Shown: one piece after another, positions 18,939 through 28,639 of the stretch
Layout: each line of letters begins with the position of its first letter
How positions within the stretch are numbered: position 1 is the stretch's first letter
Origin: a virus
Lineage: Duplodnaviria > Caudoviricetes
Length of the DNA stretch: 64,000 nt
Virus record (IMG/VR): IMGVR_UViG_3300021399_000113
Location: 74,607-138,606 of that record
Reading direction: 5' to 3' (one strand)
Position numbers and translations under genes: made by a program
Notes under the pieces: model-generated
Database searches by the model: none
What the model saw: only the letters and a program-made list of their open reading frames with translations
Told to the model about the DNA's origin: nothing

Positions 18939-20180
18939 ATGACAGACAACAGATATTTTGGTGCAATTAAAGACCCTATTGATAATAGGGATTTTGTTGC
19001 ATCTACAGTAGCATCAAAACAAAAAATAGAAATCCCAGAAACATATATTGTACCGCATTTGGATGAAATTCCAGTGTACAATCAAGGGGGCACAGGGTCA
19101 TGTGTGGCACATGCTCTTGCTACAGCCCTCGCTTTAGGTTACGCTCAAAAAGGTATTCAGATTGATTTCAGCCGTGGATTTATCTATGGTAACAGAAGTG
19201 AAGATGATTATCAAGGGTCAGGAATGATTCCTCGTGAAGCGTTAAAGCATCTTAACCATGAAGGTGATGTACACTATTCTGATTTCATCTATAACTTTGA
19301 AGTGCCATTAATCTTCAAAAAGTTCCAAAAAGAAAAAGAACGCTTATTACCTATTGCAAAAGATTATGTAATTGCAAACTATTACAAAGTAACAACACAG
19401 ACTGAAATCAAAACTGCCTTAATGACTACAGGAGCTGTTGTTGTATATTGTCCTGTTTACGGAGATTTTACTGATGACTTAAAAGCTGAGTGGCGAAGTT
19501 CTTATGATTATGCACATGAGGTTTGTTTAGTCGGGTGGGATGAAACAGGTTGGATTATTCGTAACAGTTGGGGAGACTCTTGGGGTAATAAAGGTAATGG
19601 GCATGTTGATTACAAATATGCTTATTGGGAAGAATATAACTTAAGCCTCTTAGACTTCTGGGCAATCACTCCTATATTCGAAGAAGATACAACCATCGAA
19701 GATGAGGAAGATACTGACGCTAATGAAGACATTAAGGAAGATGAACCAATTGAAGATGAAGAACCAATTGAAGAGGATATTGTAATAGATGATGATTCTT
19801 CAGATGATGACCTTAAAGAAGATATTAAGGAAGATGATACTGACGTTGAGGAAGAAGACGTTGACGTAGAAGAACATCAAGACACAGAAGACATTATCGA
19901 AGATACTACAGAGGAAGACTTTAAAGAAGACGTTGATACAGATGTAGAGGAAACAGATAATACAGAAGACGTTGATATTGACACAGAAGTTGATGATAAT
20001 GTCGATGATACTGAGACAGATACTGACACCGATGTAGATGACAACACTGATGTAGAGGATGACAATAAAGATGAATTGTTAGTCAACGATAAGCGGTTTA
20101 TCTCATTTGTAGAGGCAATTAAAGCAATTATCAAACAAATTCTTGATAGAATAAGGAACATATTTAATGGAAATAAGTAA
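18939..20180 (+). CDS. Papain-like (C1A) cysteine peptidase with long acidic low-complexity tail
   Basis: NQG..GSCVAHA, HEVCLVGW, IRNSWG..WG..G; D/E/T-rich repeats. Confidence 0.9.
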   Translation: MTDNRYFGAIKDPIDNRDFVASTVASKQKIEIPETYIVPHLDEIPVYNQGGTGSCVAHALATALALGYAQKGIQIDFSRGFIYGNRSEDDYQGSGMIPREALKHLNHEGDVHYSDFIYNFEVPLIFKKFQKEKERLLPIAKDYVIANYYKVTTQTEIKTALMTTGAVVVYCPVYGDFTDDLKAEWRSSYDYAHEVCLVGWDETGWIIRNSWGDSWGNKGNGHVDYKYAYWEEYNLSLLDFWAITPIFEEDTTIEDEEDTDANEDIKEDEPIEDEEPIEEDIVIDDDSSDDDLKEDIKEDDTDVEEEDVDVEEHQDTEDIIEDTTEEDFKEDVDTDVEETDNTEDVDIDTEVDDNVDDTETDTDTDVDDNTDVEDDNKDELLVNDKRFISFVEAIKAIIKQILDRIRNIFNGNK

Positions 20181-20889
20181 TTTAAAAGTTTATGACATGG
20201 AAGAGTGTATCTCAGCAAGTGGCTATCCTATGAGGACAAAGGCTGAGATACTTCCCCTTAATGAGAAAGACATTTTAAGAGTTAAGAACCTCACAAAGGC
20301 AAGCAATGGCAATGGTGCACATGGACAGTTTCTTTCTGGAATATTAGTCGCTTTTGACCTTAAGTGTTCTAATAAGATGTGGGTTGAGATGGAACGATAT
20401 AAATTTGTGGTGTTTGATTCTTCTCAGTCTACAATGCACCGTATTTGTAAGTTCGACCTCAAATCGCAGTGTGTTGAAGAAGTGGATGATAGAATCATTG
20501 ATATAGTTAATGAGAAGATTGAGGCTTATAATCGAGATAATTCAATTGAGAATTACAGAAGAGTGCTTTATAATGTACCCGCAGGATTTCAATTAACTGC
20601 CAGACTGAATACAAATTATCGTGCTCTATTAAATATCTACGTTCAAAGATACAATCACAGATTGCAAGAGTGGCAAGATTTTTGTCAGTATATGTTAGAC
20701 AATCTCCCGATGTTCAAAGAGTTAGTTGAGCAGTATTACAGTCACGACAAAGAAGTAATCGCTAAATACTTACAATATTGTGCTGAGTTGACAGATGATA
20801 TAGACATATTCGATACGCATACACTTGATGATTATTACTACACGCACATTCTACCACAGCCACTATCGGATATAATAACAATAAAATAA
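20167..20889 (+). CDS. Divergent ThyX-fold (flavin-dependent thymidylate synthase-like) protein
   Basis: H..FL...WVEMERY...SSQSTMH...NYRAL.NIY.QR.NHRL.EW. Confidence 0.6.
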   Translation: MEISNLKVYDMEECISASGYPMRTKAEILPLNEKDILRVKNLTKASNGNGAHGQFLSGILVAFDLKCSNKMWVEMERYKFVVFDSSQSTMHRICKFDLKSQCVEEVDDRIIDIVNEKIEAYNRDNSIENYRRVLYNVPAGFQLTARLNTNYRALLNIYVQRYNHRLQEWQDFCQYMLDNLPMFKELVEQYYSHDKEVIAKYLQYCAELTDDIDIFDTHTLDDYYYTHILPQPLSDIITIK

Positions 20890-20893
20890 AGTA

Positions 20894-20922
20894 TTGACAT
20901 ATTCACCTTCAAGGAGTATAAT
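20894..20922 (+). promoter_or_regulatory. sigmaA/70-type early promoter
   Basis: TTGACA-17-TATAAT. Confidence 0.85.
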
Positions 20923-20951
20923 AGTATTATAATCTTTGGAGGTGATTTTTT

Positions 20952-21488
20952 ATGATAACAGTTTCAAGACTTACTGAAATGCTTTCTGAGGAAATCGTAA
21001 AGGCGAAGGTAAATGGGCTGGATTTAATTCCCATTCACCCCACAGTCAAACTCAAGAACAGTAAAACGTATTATGGGTTAAATTGCAAGAGCAGAGGCAA
21101 TAGTCAGATTTACATTTCAAAGTATTATCTGAACGCTCCAGAAGAAGAACTTCGCTCTGTAATATGTCATGAGGTTTGTCATTCAGTTAAGGGTAGCCGA
21201 GGACATGATGCGATATGGCGAAGAGCCGTTATGAAAATGCGTAGGAATTATTCTTATGCTTGTGCAGATTATCACCTTAATCCTCATCCTTATTCAACAG
21301 ACAGAAGTGAATGCGAGCATACAGAAATGGCAGAAATGGCAAGTGGTACAAGACGGATTAACTACGTTATGGTCTGCACTGGTTGTGGTTGTACAATAAA
21401 TCGCACACGCATGAGTGATTTCGTAAAGCATCCAGAGAATTACTACTGCCGAAAGTGTCATGGAAAATTTGAAAGAAAGGCATCGTGA
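20952..21488 (+). CDS. SprT-like zinc metalloprotease
   Basis: HEVCH...GH...W plus C-terminal CTGC...CRKC. Confidence 0.85.
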   Translation: MITVSRLTEMLSEEIVKAKVNGLDLIPIHPTVKLKNSKTYYGLNCKSRGNSQIYISKYYLNAPEEELRSVICHEVCHSVKGSRGHDAIWRRAVMKMRRNYSYACADYHLNPHPYSTDRSECEHTEMAEMASGTRRINYVMVCTGCGCTINRTRMSDFVKHPENYYCRKCHGKFERKAS

Positions 21489-21982
21489 TGAGCAAAAGAT
21501 TAAAAGGGGTAAGAAAGTTGAACAAGGTCGTCAACTCATTTGCTAAACAGTTTGGTGTTAAGTTCCATCTTGGAACTCAGTTTGAGATTTCTAACACAAC
21601 AAACGATGCTTGGTATGCCATAGTATTGAGTGATAACTACACAGAGTTTTATCGCTCATATGTTGAGGAAATCTCAAATGAAAACATTCCGATTTTTCTT
21701 ATGTCATTTCTACACGAAATTGGGCACTATGTCACAAAAGAATTCTTCACCGAAGATGAGATTGATGATGAGTGGCTAATGAAAGATGAGATTCAAGAGA
21801 AGTATGATGGAGAGGCTTGTAAAGAATATGCTTATGAATACTTCAGTCTTCCTATGGAACAAGAGGCTACGAATTGGGGAATAGCGTACTTTAAACTTCA
21901 TGCTAAAGAGTGCATGGAATTTTATAATAAATTTTTAACAGAGCTTTATCACTTTTTCAAAATTAATCATGTGGAGGGATAA
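21485..21982 (+). CDS. Zincin-like metallopeptidase domain protein
   Basis: LHEIGH...Y..LP.E..A..W. Confidence 0.7.
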   Translation: MMSKRLKGVRKLNKVVNSFAKQFGVKFHLGTQFEISNTTNDAWYAIVLSDNYTEFYRSYVEEISNENIPIFLMSFLHEIGHYVTKEFFTEDEIDDEWLMKDEIQEKYDGEACKEYAYEYFSLPMEQEATNWGIAYFKLHAKECMEFYNKFLTELYHFFKINHVEG

Positions 21983-21984
21983 TT

Positions 21985-22194
21985 ATGAAACATTTTGAGG
22001 AAACTTTTCCATCAATTATTAGTTTGCTTGGAGTCATTGCAGTGACAGTCGGTACACTTACTGGTAACATTTGGGTAGCAATAAGCGGTTTGATGATGTG
22101 TGTAGTTGGTACATCATCATCTACAAAAGTACACATTGACAAAAAGTTTGAGGAACTTTATAAAAAGCTGAATAAGGAGGATGACACACAGTGA
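21985..22194 (+). CDS. Small membrane protein
   Basis: Two hydrophobic segments, GGAGG RBS. Confidence 0.65.
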   Translation: MKHFEETFPSIISLLGVIAVTVGTLTGNIWVAISGLMMCVVGTSSSTKVHIDKKFEELYKKLNKEDDTQ

Positions 22195-22419
22195 AAGACA
22201 TTAAACTGTACAATCGACAACAAGTTTAAAGATTTATTCTTTGACAATAATGGCTATGATGCTCTCTATTCCCACAAGTACACCCTTCCTTATTTTAAGG
22301 ATAGTACAATGGAAGAATTTAAGTACAGCGAGTATGTTAAGTGGCTGTTAAACAGTTGCACGACTCATTGTCAGATGATTCTTACAAAAATGGACGATGA
22401 TTATGAGTGGTTAAATTAG
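22191..22419 (+). pseudogene. Small ORF with apparent +1 frameshift just after the GTG start
   Basis: AAGGAGG RBS; removing one A gives MKTLNCTIDNKFKDLFF...EWLN*. Confidence 0.45.
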
Positions 22420-22438
22420 ATAATAATTAAATAACCTA

Positions 22439-22467
22439 TTGACAAATTCCTTCACTTGTGATATACT
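22439..22467 (+). promoter_or_regulatory. sigmaA/70-type early promoter
   Basis: TTGACA-17-TATACT with TG extension. Confidence 0.8.
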
Positions 22468-22511
22468 GTTCTCAGTTGATAAACAGTATATCACTTTTGG
22501 AGGTATTTGGT

Positions 22512-23741
22512 ATGTGCATTATTCTCAATGAAGGACAGAAGAAAGCAGTTGAACTTGCAGTAAAGAAGGTTAAGGCTGGTGATGATGTTGTGATTGCTGG
22601 CTATGCTGGAACTGGTAAGTCCACCACAGTTTCCAAGATTATTGAGAAACTTACCAAAGAGTGTGGAATCTCCAATGTAGTATATGTAGCATTTGCAGGC
22701 AAAGCAGTAAAGGTTCTTCGTGAGAAAGGTAACGACAACGCAATCACTTGTCACAGACTGCTTTATAAGCCTGTTCTTCAAGAGGATGGCACTTACAAGT
22801 ATGAACTTGTTGACGATATTGATTATGACCTTATCGTTGCAGATGAGTGCTCAATGATTCCCTCTGATATGGTTAATCAGATGAGGTCTTTCGGAAAGCC
22901 TATCATTTGGCTTGGTGACCCTTTTCAGTTACCTCCTGTTGAAAATGAGAACAGCACAACATCTGCTGGAAACACTCTTCTTCAGAACCCCGATGTATTC
23001 CTCACAGAAATCATGAGACAGGCAAATGACTCTGAAATCATCAACGCTGGGCTGAAGCTTCGTAACCTTGAAAAACTTAACTATGGTATCGGCAGAGAAT
23101 TCTCTGTTATTCGCAAGGACAGACTTAACGACAGAACTCTTCTTTGGGCAGACGAGATTATCTGTGCTACTAACAGAAAGAGAACAGAAGTTAATAACTA
23201 CGTAAGAAGACTTAAGAAGTTTTCTGCTCTCCCTCAGATTGGTGACAAGGTAATCTGCCTCCACAACTATTACGAACACCTTACTAACAATGATGAAATG
23301 ATTCCCCTTACCAATGGAACTATCGGCATCATTGTTAAGATGGAAGAAGAGCTTTGGACAGCACCTAAGTCAATTGCTGATAAGTTAACTGTTACAGAAG
23401 TTCCTTGCTACAGAATTTCCATTAAGACTGATTTGGGATTTTATAATAACCTTCTTGTTGATAAGAACGAACTCATCAATGGTATGCCCACCATCACAGG
23501 CAAGGATTTATATCTCATCAAGAAGAAATATGCTGAGCTTGATAAGGCAAAGATTTCTCACAAGCCCTTCCCTCTTGATTTCAATTATGGCTATGCTATT
23601 ACTTGCCATAAGGCACAGGGTAGTGAATGGGACAACATCGTAGTCATGGAAGAGTGGTTTCCTAATGACCTTGAGACCCATTGCAGATGGCTTTACACAG
23701 CACTCACAAGAGCGAGTGAAAAAGTGGTGATTGTTAGATAA
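22512..23741 (+). CDS. SF1B helicase (Dda/RecD-like)
   Basis: GYAGTGKST, DECSM, GDPFQLPPV, LTEIMRQ, YAITCHKAQGSEW, YTALTRA. Confidence 0.93.
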   Translation: MCIILNEGQKKAVELAVKKVKAGDDVVIAGYAGTGKSTTVSKIIEKLTKECGISNVVYVAFAGKAVKVLREKGNDNAITCHRLLYKPVLQEDGTYKYELVDDIDYDLIVADECSMIPSDMVNQMRSFGKPIIWLGDPFQLPPVENENSTTSAGNTLLQNPDVFLTEIMRQANDSEIINAGLKLRNLEKLNYGIGREFSVIRKDRLNDRTLLWADEIICATNRKRTEVNNYVRRLKKFSALPQIGDKVICLHNYYEHLTNNDEMIPLTNGTIGIIVKMEEELWTAPKSIADKLTVTEVPCYRISIKTDLGFYNNLLVDKNELINGMPTITGKDLYLIKKKYAELDKAKISHKPFPLDFNYGYAITCHKAQGSEWDNIVVMEEWFPNDLETHCRWLYTALTRASEKVVIVR

Positions 23742-23757
23742 TCACCACTTTATTTTT
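23721..23757 (+). terminator. Intrinsic terminator
   Basis: AAAGTGGTGATT...AATCACCACTTT followed by T-tract. Confidence 0.7.
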
Positions 23758-23887
23758 AATATAGAAAATTAGAATGAAGATGTTTATATAAATTATATTA
23801 TTATGTGGGAGGACAAGTGCGCCTAAAAGTTGTCACACCTATTGTATCATATAAGAGAGAAACTATAATCAAATTGAGGTAAACATA

Positions 23888-24313
23888 ATGAAATATATTC
23901 TAAATGAAGATTGGGACGATTACTATGACGATTATGACGATAGTGATTGGGAAGATTATATTGATGATGTTATAGATGACGATTTTGATACATCAGAAAA
24001 TAAGAATTTATATCTAATTAAATACATAGACCCAGCGGTAATCATTGAAAATGCACTGAAGGATGAGTCTTTGTCTGATGAGGAACGTGCAGAAATGAAA
24101 GCAACGTGGGATAACGAGTCCTTACAGAACTTCGTAGAGACCTATGATGTAGCAGACTGGATTTTTGATGACGATGACATCAACAAAGAATACAAAGACT
24201 GGCTGAAAGATGAGTTCTACGATGAGATTGAGGCTGAGTGTCGAGAACGTGCAGAATCAGATGATGCTTGGGAATATGATAAGAAAGATTTGATTAGATG
24301 GATTAACAGCTAA
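23888..24313 (+). CDS. Highly acidic protein with MKYILNE leader (candidate DNA mimic/virion cargo)
   Basis: D/E/W/Y-rich; preceded by TTGTATC motif at 23842. Confidence 0.65.
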   Translation: MKYILNEDWDDYYDDYDDSDWEDYIDDVIDDDFDTSENKNLYLIKYIDPAVIIENALKDESLSDEERAEMKATWDNESLQNFVETYDVADWIFDDDDINKEYKDWLKDEFYDEIEAECRERAESDDAWEYDKKDLIRWINS

Positions 24314-24345
24314 AGTATTGACAGAAAGGAGCAGACTGTGTTATA

Positions 24346-24534
24346 ATGAATACTGAGAAACCATATATAGTTTTTTCATATGGTATGATGAGATATTTAC
24401 ATGACTTAGGATTTGATTTCTTTGCCACTAAAACAGACAAATTTAATCCAGCAAAAGTTATTTTTATCTACAACACAACAGATGAATTGAAGACTGCAAT
24501 AAATAATTATTGTAAAAATAGAAAGAACAACTAA
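24346..24534 (+). CDS. DUF5659-like small protein
   Basis: Y.VFS..M..YL...GF....DK.NP.K.IF.Y..T.EL..AI..Y. Confidence 0.65.
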   Translation: MNTEKPYIVFSYGMMRYLHDLGFDFFATKTDKFNPAKVIFIYNTTDELKTAINNYCKNRKNN

Positions 24535-24554
24535 TCAAGGAGCACAATTTAATT

Positions 24555-24863
24555 ATGTCAAAATTATCCGATTACTACATTATCCACGGCTGGATGCAGA
24601 ATAAAGAAGGTCTTGGATTAAAACGATTGGAATTATACCTTTATGCAATCATTTATGGATATAGTAAAGATGGAAACAATTCTATGTTTGCCAGCACAAC
24701 ATATCTTGCTGATATGCTAAACACAACACAGCCAAAGATTGTTGAGGCATTAAAGAAACTGACAGAGAAAAATTTAATAATTAAAGAAACTGTTACCAAT
24801 AATGGATTTGTATTAGGCTGTAAATACATCGTTAATTTTGATATGATAAACAATTTCATATAA
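24555..24863 (+). CDS. Winged-HTH protein resembling the N-terminus of phage replication initiators
   Basis: YYIIHGWM..LGL...EL.LYAIIYG.S......AS..YLA.......I..AL..L.EK.LI. Confidence 0.7.
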   Translation: MSKLSDYYIIHGWMQNKEGLGLKRLELYLYAIIYGYSKDGNNSMFASTTYLADMLNTTQPKIVEALKKLTEKNLIIKETVTNNGFVLGCKYIVNFDMINNFI

Positions 24864-24892
24864 CAATTTTCCTTGTCTTATGATGCAAATCT

Positions 24893-25028
24893 TACTACAC
24901 TTGTAGTACGCTATACCAATTTGGTATAGGGGTTATACCAAATTGGTATAGTATAATATAATATATATTATAGAAATACTAATATACCTACGGTATATTA
25001 GTATTGGGTTTTTTTTTTCAAAAAACCC
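24893..25028. repeat. Cluster of five abutting palindromes/inverted repeats (candidate origin or operator)
   Basis: TACTACA-CT-TGTAGTA; CTATACCAATTTGGTATA-GGGGT-TATACCAAATTGGTATAG; AT-only palindrome; AATACTAATATACC-TAC-GGTATATTAGTATT; GGGTTTTTT..AAAAAACCC. Confidence 0.75.
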
Positions 25029-25125
25029 TTCTCATAACTTTTATGGAAAATTGTATTTATAAAGAGAATAACTTTACATAATAAAAATAAATATATTACG
25101 GAATTTTCAGAAAGGAAACTTTACA

Positions 25126-25422
25126 ATGGCAAATAAAAAAGGAACTAAGAAAGCAGAAACAACTGTTACTGAAAAAGCAGAAATAAAAATAGATGAGCAA
25201 GTTTCGGTTGAGGAAGTGGCGGTAGCCAATGAACCCAAAGAGGAAACCAAAGTTGCTGAGGCTGAAACCAAAGAAATTTCGGTTGAAACCAAAGAAATTT
25301 CGGTTGAAACCAAAGTTGTGAAAGATGAGCCAAAGGTTGTTGTGACTCCAACAGTTGAGGTTAAGAAACCAGTATCACCAGTTCTTCCAGTTGGTGCTAA
25401 TTGGCTACATAGACATATGTAA
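25126..25422 (+). CDS. Low-complexity E/K/T/V protein with 21-bp ETKEISV tandem repeat
   Basis: AAAGGA RBS; GAAACCAAAGAAATTTCGGTT repeated. Confidence 0.7.
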   Translation: MANKKGTKKAETTVTEKAEIKIDEQVSVEEVAVANEPKEETKVAEAETKEISVETKEISVETKVVKDEPKVVVTPTVEVKKPVSPVLPVGANWLHRHM

Positions 25423-25549
25423 TTAAAACGTCATATTTTGCCCTTTTTAGAGCGTGGATATTTTAGGTGGAGAATTTCACTACTGAATACTGCCAAATCA
25501 AATTTAGGGGCAAATAATGCGTTATACGATGTGATAAAGGAGTTATTAG

Positions 25550-25876
25550 ATGTTATACGAATATAAAGGTACTGTTATGATAAACGGAAACTTTATTCAA
25601 TCTTCTACTGGATTAAGAGTAGAGGCTGAGAATAAGAAAGAGGCAGTATATCTTTTATCAAAGAGACTGAGAAGCGTTTACCATACAAATGCAAGTGTAC
25701 AAATCAATCTTAACCTTGACTTAATTCAAGAGGTTAAAACAGAAGAGCCTAAAAGAAGAGAAGTTAAACCTTTGATTGATTTAGAGGCTGTGTTAAAGAA
25801 AAAGAAGTCAAAGAAGAAGGAAACTGAAACTGAACAACCAGAAACTGTATCAGATGAGGTAAACAATGAAAATTGA
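25550..25876 (+). CDS. Hypothetical protein
   Basis: AAGGAG RBS. Confidence 0.65.
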   Translation: MLYEYKGTVMINGNFIQSSTGLRVEAENKKEAVYLLSKRLRSVYHTNASVQINLNLDLIQEVKTEEPKRREVKPLIDLEAVLKKKKSKKKETETEQPETVSDEVNNEN

Positions 25877-27266
25877 TATTGCTAATGAGCTGAAGAAAAG
25901 AGATTTAGAGGATTTTGAAAACGATAGAGGATTCCATGCATTAGAGAATTCTTATGTTATGCTGTCTGAATCTTTTGATAATAAGAAGAAACATAAGATA
26001 GAAAAGATGCTCTCTGAAAATGTATCTTCTGAAGTGTTATCAAGATATATAACAGAGAATGAAGATGTTAGTGCACCAGCAAAAACTGATGAAAGTCTGG
26101 ACGAGTTATTTAATAGAGTGGCGAAATTTGTTGAAGATTTTGACCCTTATGATTATGCTGATAATTATACTGATATAGACCACGATAAATTTATTGAGGC
26201 TGTATACAACGGAGAGTTGCAGTCTTATGTAGATGCTGTTAAACTTATTGTGGACGCATATAAAGAGGATGGTGCTACACAAGAATACGATATTGATTAT
26301 GATTATTCTAAAGATATTGCAGAAGGTGAGCAGTTGGTTAAAATACTTAGCTCTCTTAACAGAGAGGATTTGAAAGAGGCTACAACAGTAACTCATTACT
26401 CTAACAAAAGAAATCCTCACAAACACCTTGAAGTGCATAGTGATGGTCATGGTCATAGAAGTGTTAAGCAATATATTAAGCACACTGCTGATGATTTAAG
26501 AAAAGAGTTCCCAGAGAAAGAGCCATATAGTGAAGAGCCTATAATCAATACCACTGGTGATGGTGCATTACATAGAATGAAGAAACGTGATTTTACCGAA
26601 CTCACTAACGATTATAATGAAGATGGTGACGATGGAACTCGTGTTAAAGCTCCAACATGGAGAAGAAAAAGCAGGGTCACTGAAGATTTAGACCTTTATT
26701 CAAAAGCAGAAAATGCTGGACTTGCATTATTACATGTCGATGAAGCTTTTGAGGGCATGATGGACAACGCCGATGATGAGACTATTGATAATTTTAGCAG
26801 AGTAGTAAATTCGGTATCAAGAAAATTAAAAGCAAAGCAGAACGACATTGCTATTCTTATATCGAGGGATGACCTTGGGCTGACTGGTGGTACACCTCTT
26901 AGCAAACGGGGAGATTTACTTCTCTATGATACACCTATGGTATCTGAAAAGGTAAATGGTGATACATGGCTTTATTTCCCTAACGAAGAGATAGCATATA
27001 ATTGGTTATCTGAACAAGACACATTAAATGAATCCTTAGATGATAATGAAAATTATGCACGTTCTTACTATGACAGAAATTATAGAGGTCTTGAGGATGA
27101 TATAGAAACAGATGACGTTTCCACTCTTGATGATTGGATTTGGGAGAAAGTGCAGAATGGAAATTATGTAGAGGCAGTAAGAATGGGTGTTCATCACAGA
27201 TACTCACCAGATAAGGTAGAATATGGTGATGAAGTTTATGGTATAGAAGATTACGAGGTAGAGTAA
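25866..27266 (+). CDS. Modular polyprotein-like protein with multiple LxE-type sites
   Basis: LSES, ITEN, LKEA, VTED and LNES separate compositionally distinct segments; FDPYDYAD segment resembles polyvalent-protein domains. Confidence 0.65.
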   Translation: MKIDIANELKKRDLEDFENDRGFHALENSYVMLSESFDNKKKHKIEKMLSENVSSEVLSRYITENEDVSAPAKTDESLDELFNRVAKFVEDFDPYDYADNYTDIDHDKFIEAVYNGELQSYVDAVKLIVDAYKEDGATQEYDIDYDYSKDIAEGEQLVKILSSLNREDLKEATTVTHYSNKRNPHKHLEVHSDGHGHRSVKQYIKHTADDLRKEFPEKEPYSEEPIINTTGDGALHRMKKRDFTELTNDYNEDGDDGTRVKAPTWRRKSRVTEDLDLYSKAENAGLALLHVDEAFEGMMDNADDETIDNFSRVVNSVSRKLKAKQNDIAILISRDDLGLTGGTPLSKRGDLLLYDTPMVSEKVNGDTWLYFPNEEIAYNWLSEQDTLNESLDDNENYARSYYDRNYRGLEDDIETDDVSTLDDWIWEKVQNGNYVEAVRMGVHHRYSPDKVEYGDEVYGIEDYEVE

Positions 27267-27268
27267 AA

Positions 27269-27835
27269 ATGGATTACAAAGCATTTCAGAGGGCATTTGG
27301 TGATTATACCACCCCCGACTTCACAGATTTAGTTGAAGATATTTTTGACAGAATTGAGTGTGACGATAGAGACGATTTATCAGAGTGTGTAATACAAGCA
27401 ATAGACGAAGGTCTGATTTATTATGATGATGAGTGGACATTATTAAAGCATTACTGCACACCACAGGATGCGGATTGGAATACAGCACTTGAGCAGTTCA
27501 TTGATGAAATGATTTCTTATGCTTCTTCTGTTTATGAATTTGAAGAGGAGGAAGACGATGAACTTGAAGAAGGTTGTAACGGCAAGAAGACGAGCAAGGA
27601 TGAGTTAAAGGAAAGTGCCTTTGATGGTGTTGAATTCAAAGATGGAATGAAAGAAAAGGAAATCCGTTACGCATTAAGGGAACTTGCAAAGTCACAGGGA
27701 TTTTATGGTAGAGTCCTCCGTAGGTTAGATGAGTTGCAAGAGGAAGAACCCGAAGCATATGCTTCCGCTATAAAAAAACTTGAAGAACAGCAGTTTAAAG
27801 ATATTCTTGATTTAGTAATGTTCTTTGAAACTTGA
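27269..27835 (+). CDS. Two-module protein: Ocr-like acidic N-domain plus LAKSQGFYGR domain
   Basis: DRDDLSECVIQAIDEGLIYYDD versus T7 Ocr [27 protein letters not shown]/LKES linker. Confidence 0.55.
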   Translation: MDYKAFQRAFGDYTTPDFTDLVEDIFDRIECDDRDDLSECVIQAIDEGLIYYDDEWTLLKHYCTPQDADWNTALEQFIDEMISYASSVYEFEEEEDDELEEGCNGKKTSKDELKESAFDGVEFKDGMKEKEIRYALRELAKSQGFYGRVLRRLDELQEEEPEAYASAIKKLEEQQFKDILDLVMFFET

Positions 27836-27855
27836 TTATAGATTATTTGGTGATT

Positions 27856-28446
27856 ATGAAGAAGAATAAATTAACAGAAAAATATAGTTTATACGATGAA
27901 GATAAAACTGCATATGGTGAAAGTCGTTTAGTTGTTCAGAAGTGTAAAGAGTTTTTAAGAGAAATCAATTCTGATATATTGGACGGGTCAAATGCCGATT
28001 TGCCAAATAACGTTGTAGAAATCTTTAAGAGGTTTGGTGGGGGTTGCAGAATATCAGAATTGAGACCACAAAGTTTTCGTTATGAGGGGTGGTTACCCAA
28101 CCCCTCTAAAGCATTTAATAGCGATAGATGGACAATAGGCGGTACATTTATTCAGCAGTACCTTTATGGGGATGCTAATAGGCTTGCAGAAGATTTAACA
28201 ATATGGTATTACAGAAATCAGTTAAATGGAAAGAAGATTCCTAATACTCCCGCATTAAATCGTATTATGAATAATATATCTGATATTGATTGGACTTCCA
28301 ATGTACAGGAAGAAGGATTATCTGTTGGTAGTGTAACGAACAGTTTAGGTAGTTTTAATAAATCAAACACAATGATTCCAACACCCACGAGAAAGGGGTC
28401 TCCCCTACATAGGCAAGGTGGAAAAAGGCGCAGTGTTCAAAAATGA
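27856..28446 (+). CDS. Hypothetical protein with MKKNKLTE leader (likely extends to 28570)
   Basis: Removing one C from the run at 28402-28405 gives ...KGSPYIGKVEKG...FHRTN*. Confidence 0.6.
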   Translation: MKKNKLTEKYSLYDEDKTAYGESRLVVQKCKEFLREINSDILDGSNADLPNNVVEIFKRFGGGCRISELRPQSFRYEGWLPNPSKAFNSDRWTIGGTFIQQYLYGDANRLAEDLTIWYYRNQLNGKKIPNTPALNRIMNNISDIDWTSNVQEEGLSVGSVTNSLGSFNKSNTMIPTPTRKGSPLHRQGGKRRSVQK

Positions 28447-28639
28447 TAAGGGAGAAACGCTTACTATAACCTATGTTGATGATACTTGGGTAATATTTAA
28501 TAATAGAAAATTAACCCAAAAACAATTTAACACGATGGCACAACTTAGGCATTTCCATAGAACTAATTGAGATTGTTGTATATGCTAAGTGAGAGATTAA
28601 ATCTTGCTTAGCATATATATATGCTTGAAAGGTAATAAA

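Noticed and set aside
19680-20070. Acidic repeat tract as a separate repeat element
   Set aside because: It is an in-frame low-complexity protein tail of the peptidase, not a DNA-level array.
21985-22419. Possible TGA readthrough or alternative genetic code (frame stays open after TGA at 22192)
   Set aside because: TGA and TAG end many genes cleanly and long genes are intact in code 11; a one-base indel after a GTG start with its own RBS is simpler.
24318-24347. sigmaA promoter for ORF 24346
   Set aside because: The spacer is 18 nt and the -10 overlaps that ORF's ATG, so it cannot drive this gene; it may serve 24555, but this is uncertain.
24893-25028. CRISPR array or tRNA
   Set aside because: These are palindromes without repeat-spacer periodicity or cloverleaf/T-loop motifs; I saw no CRISPR array or tRNA anywhere in the window.
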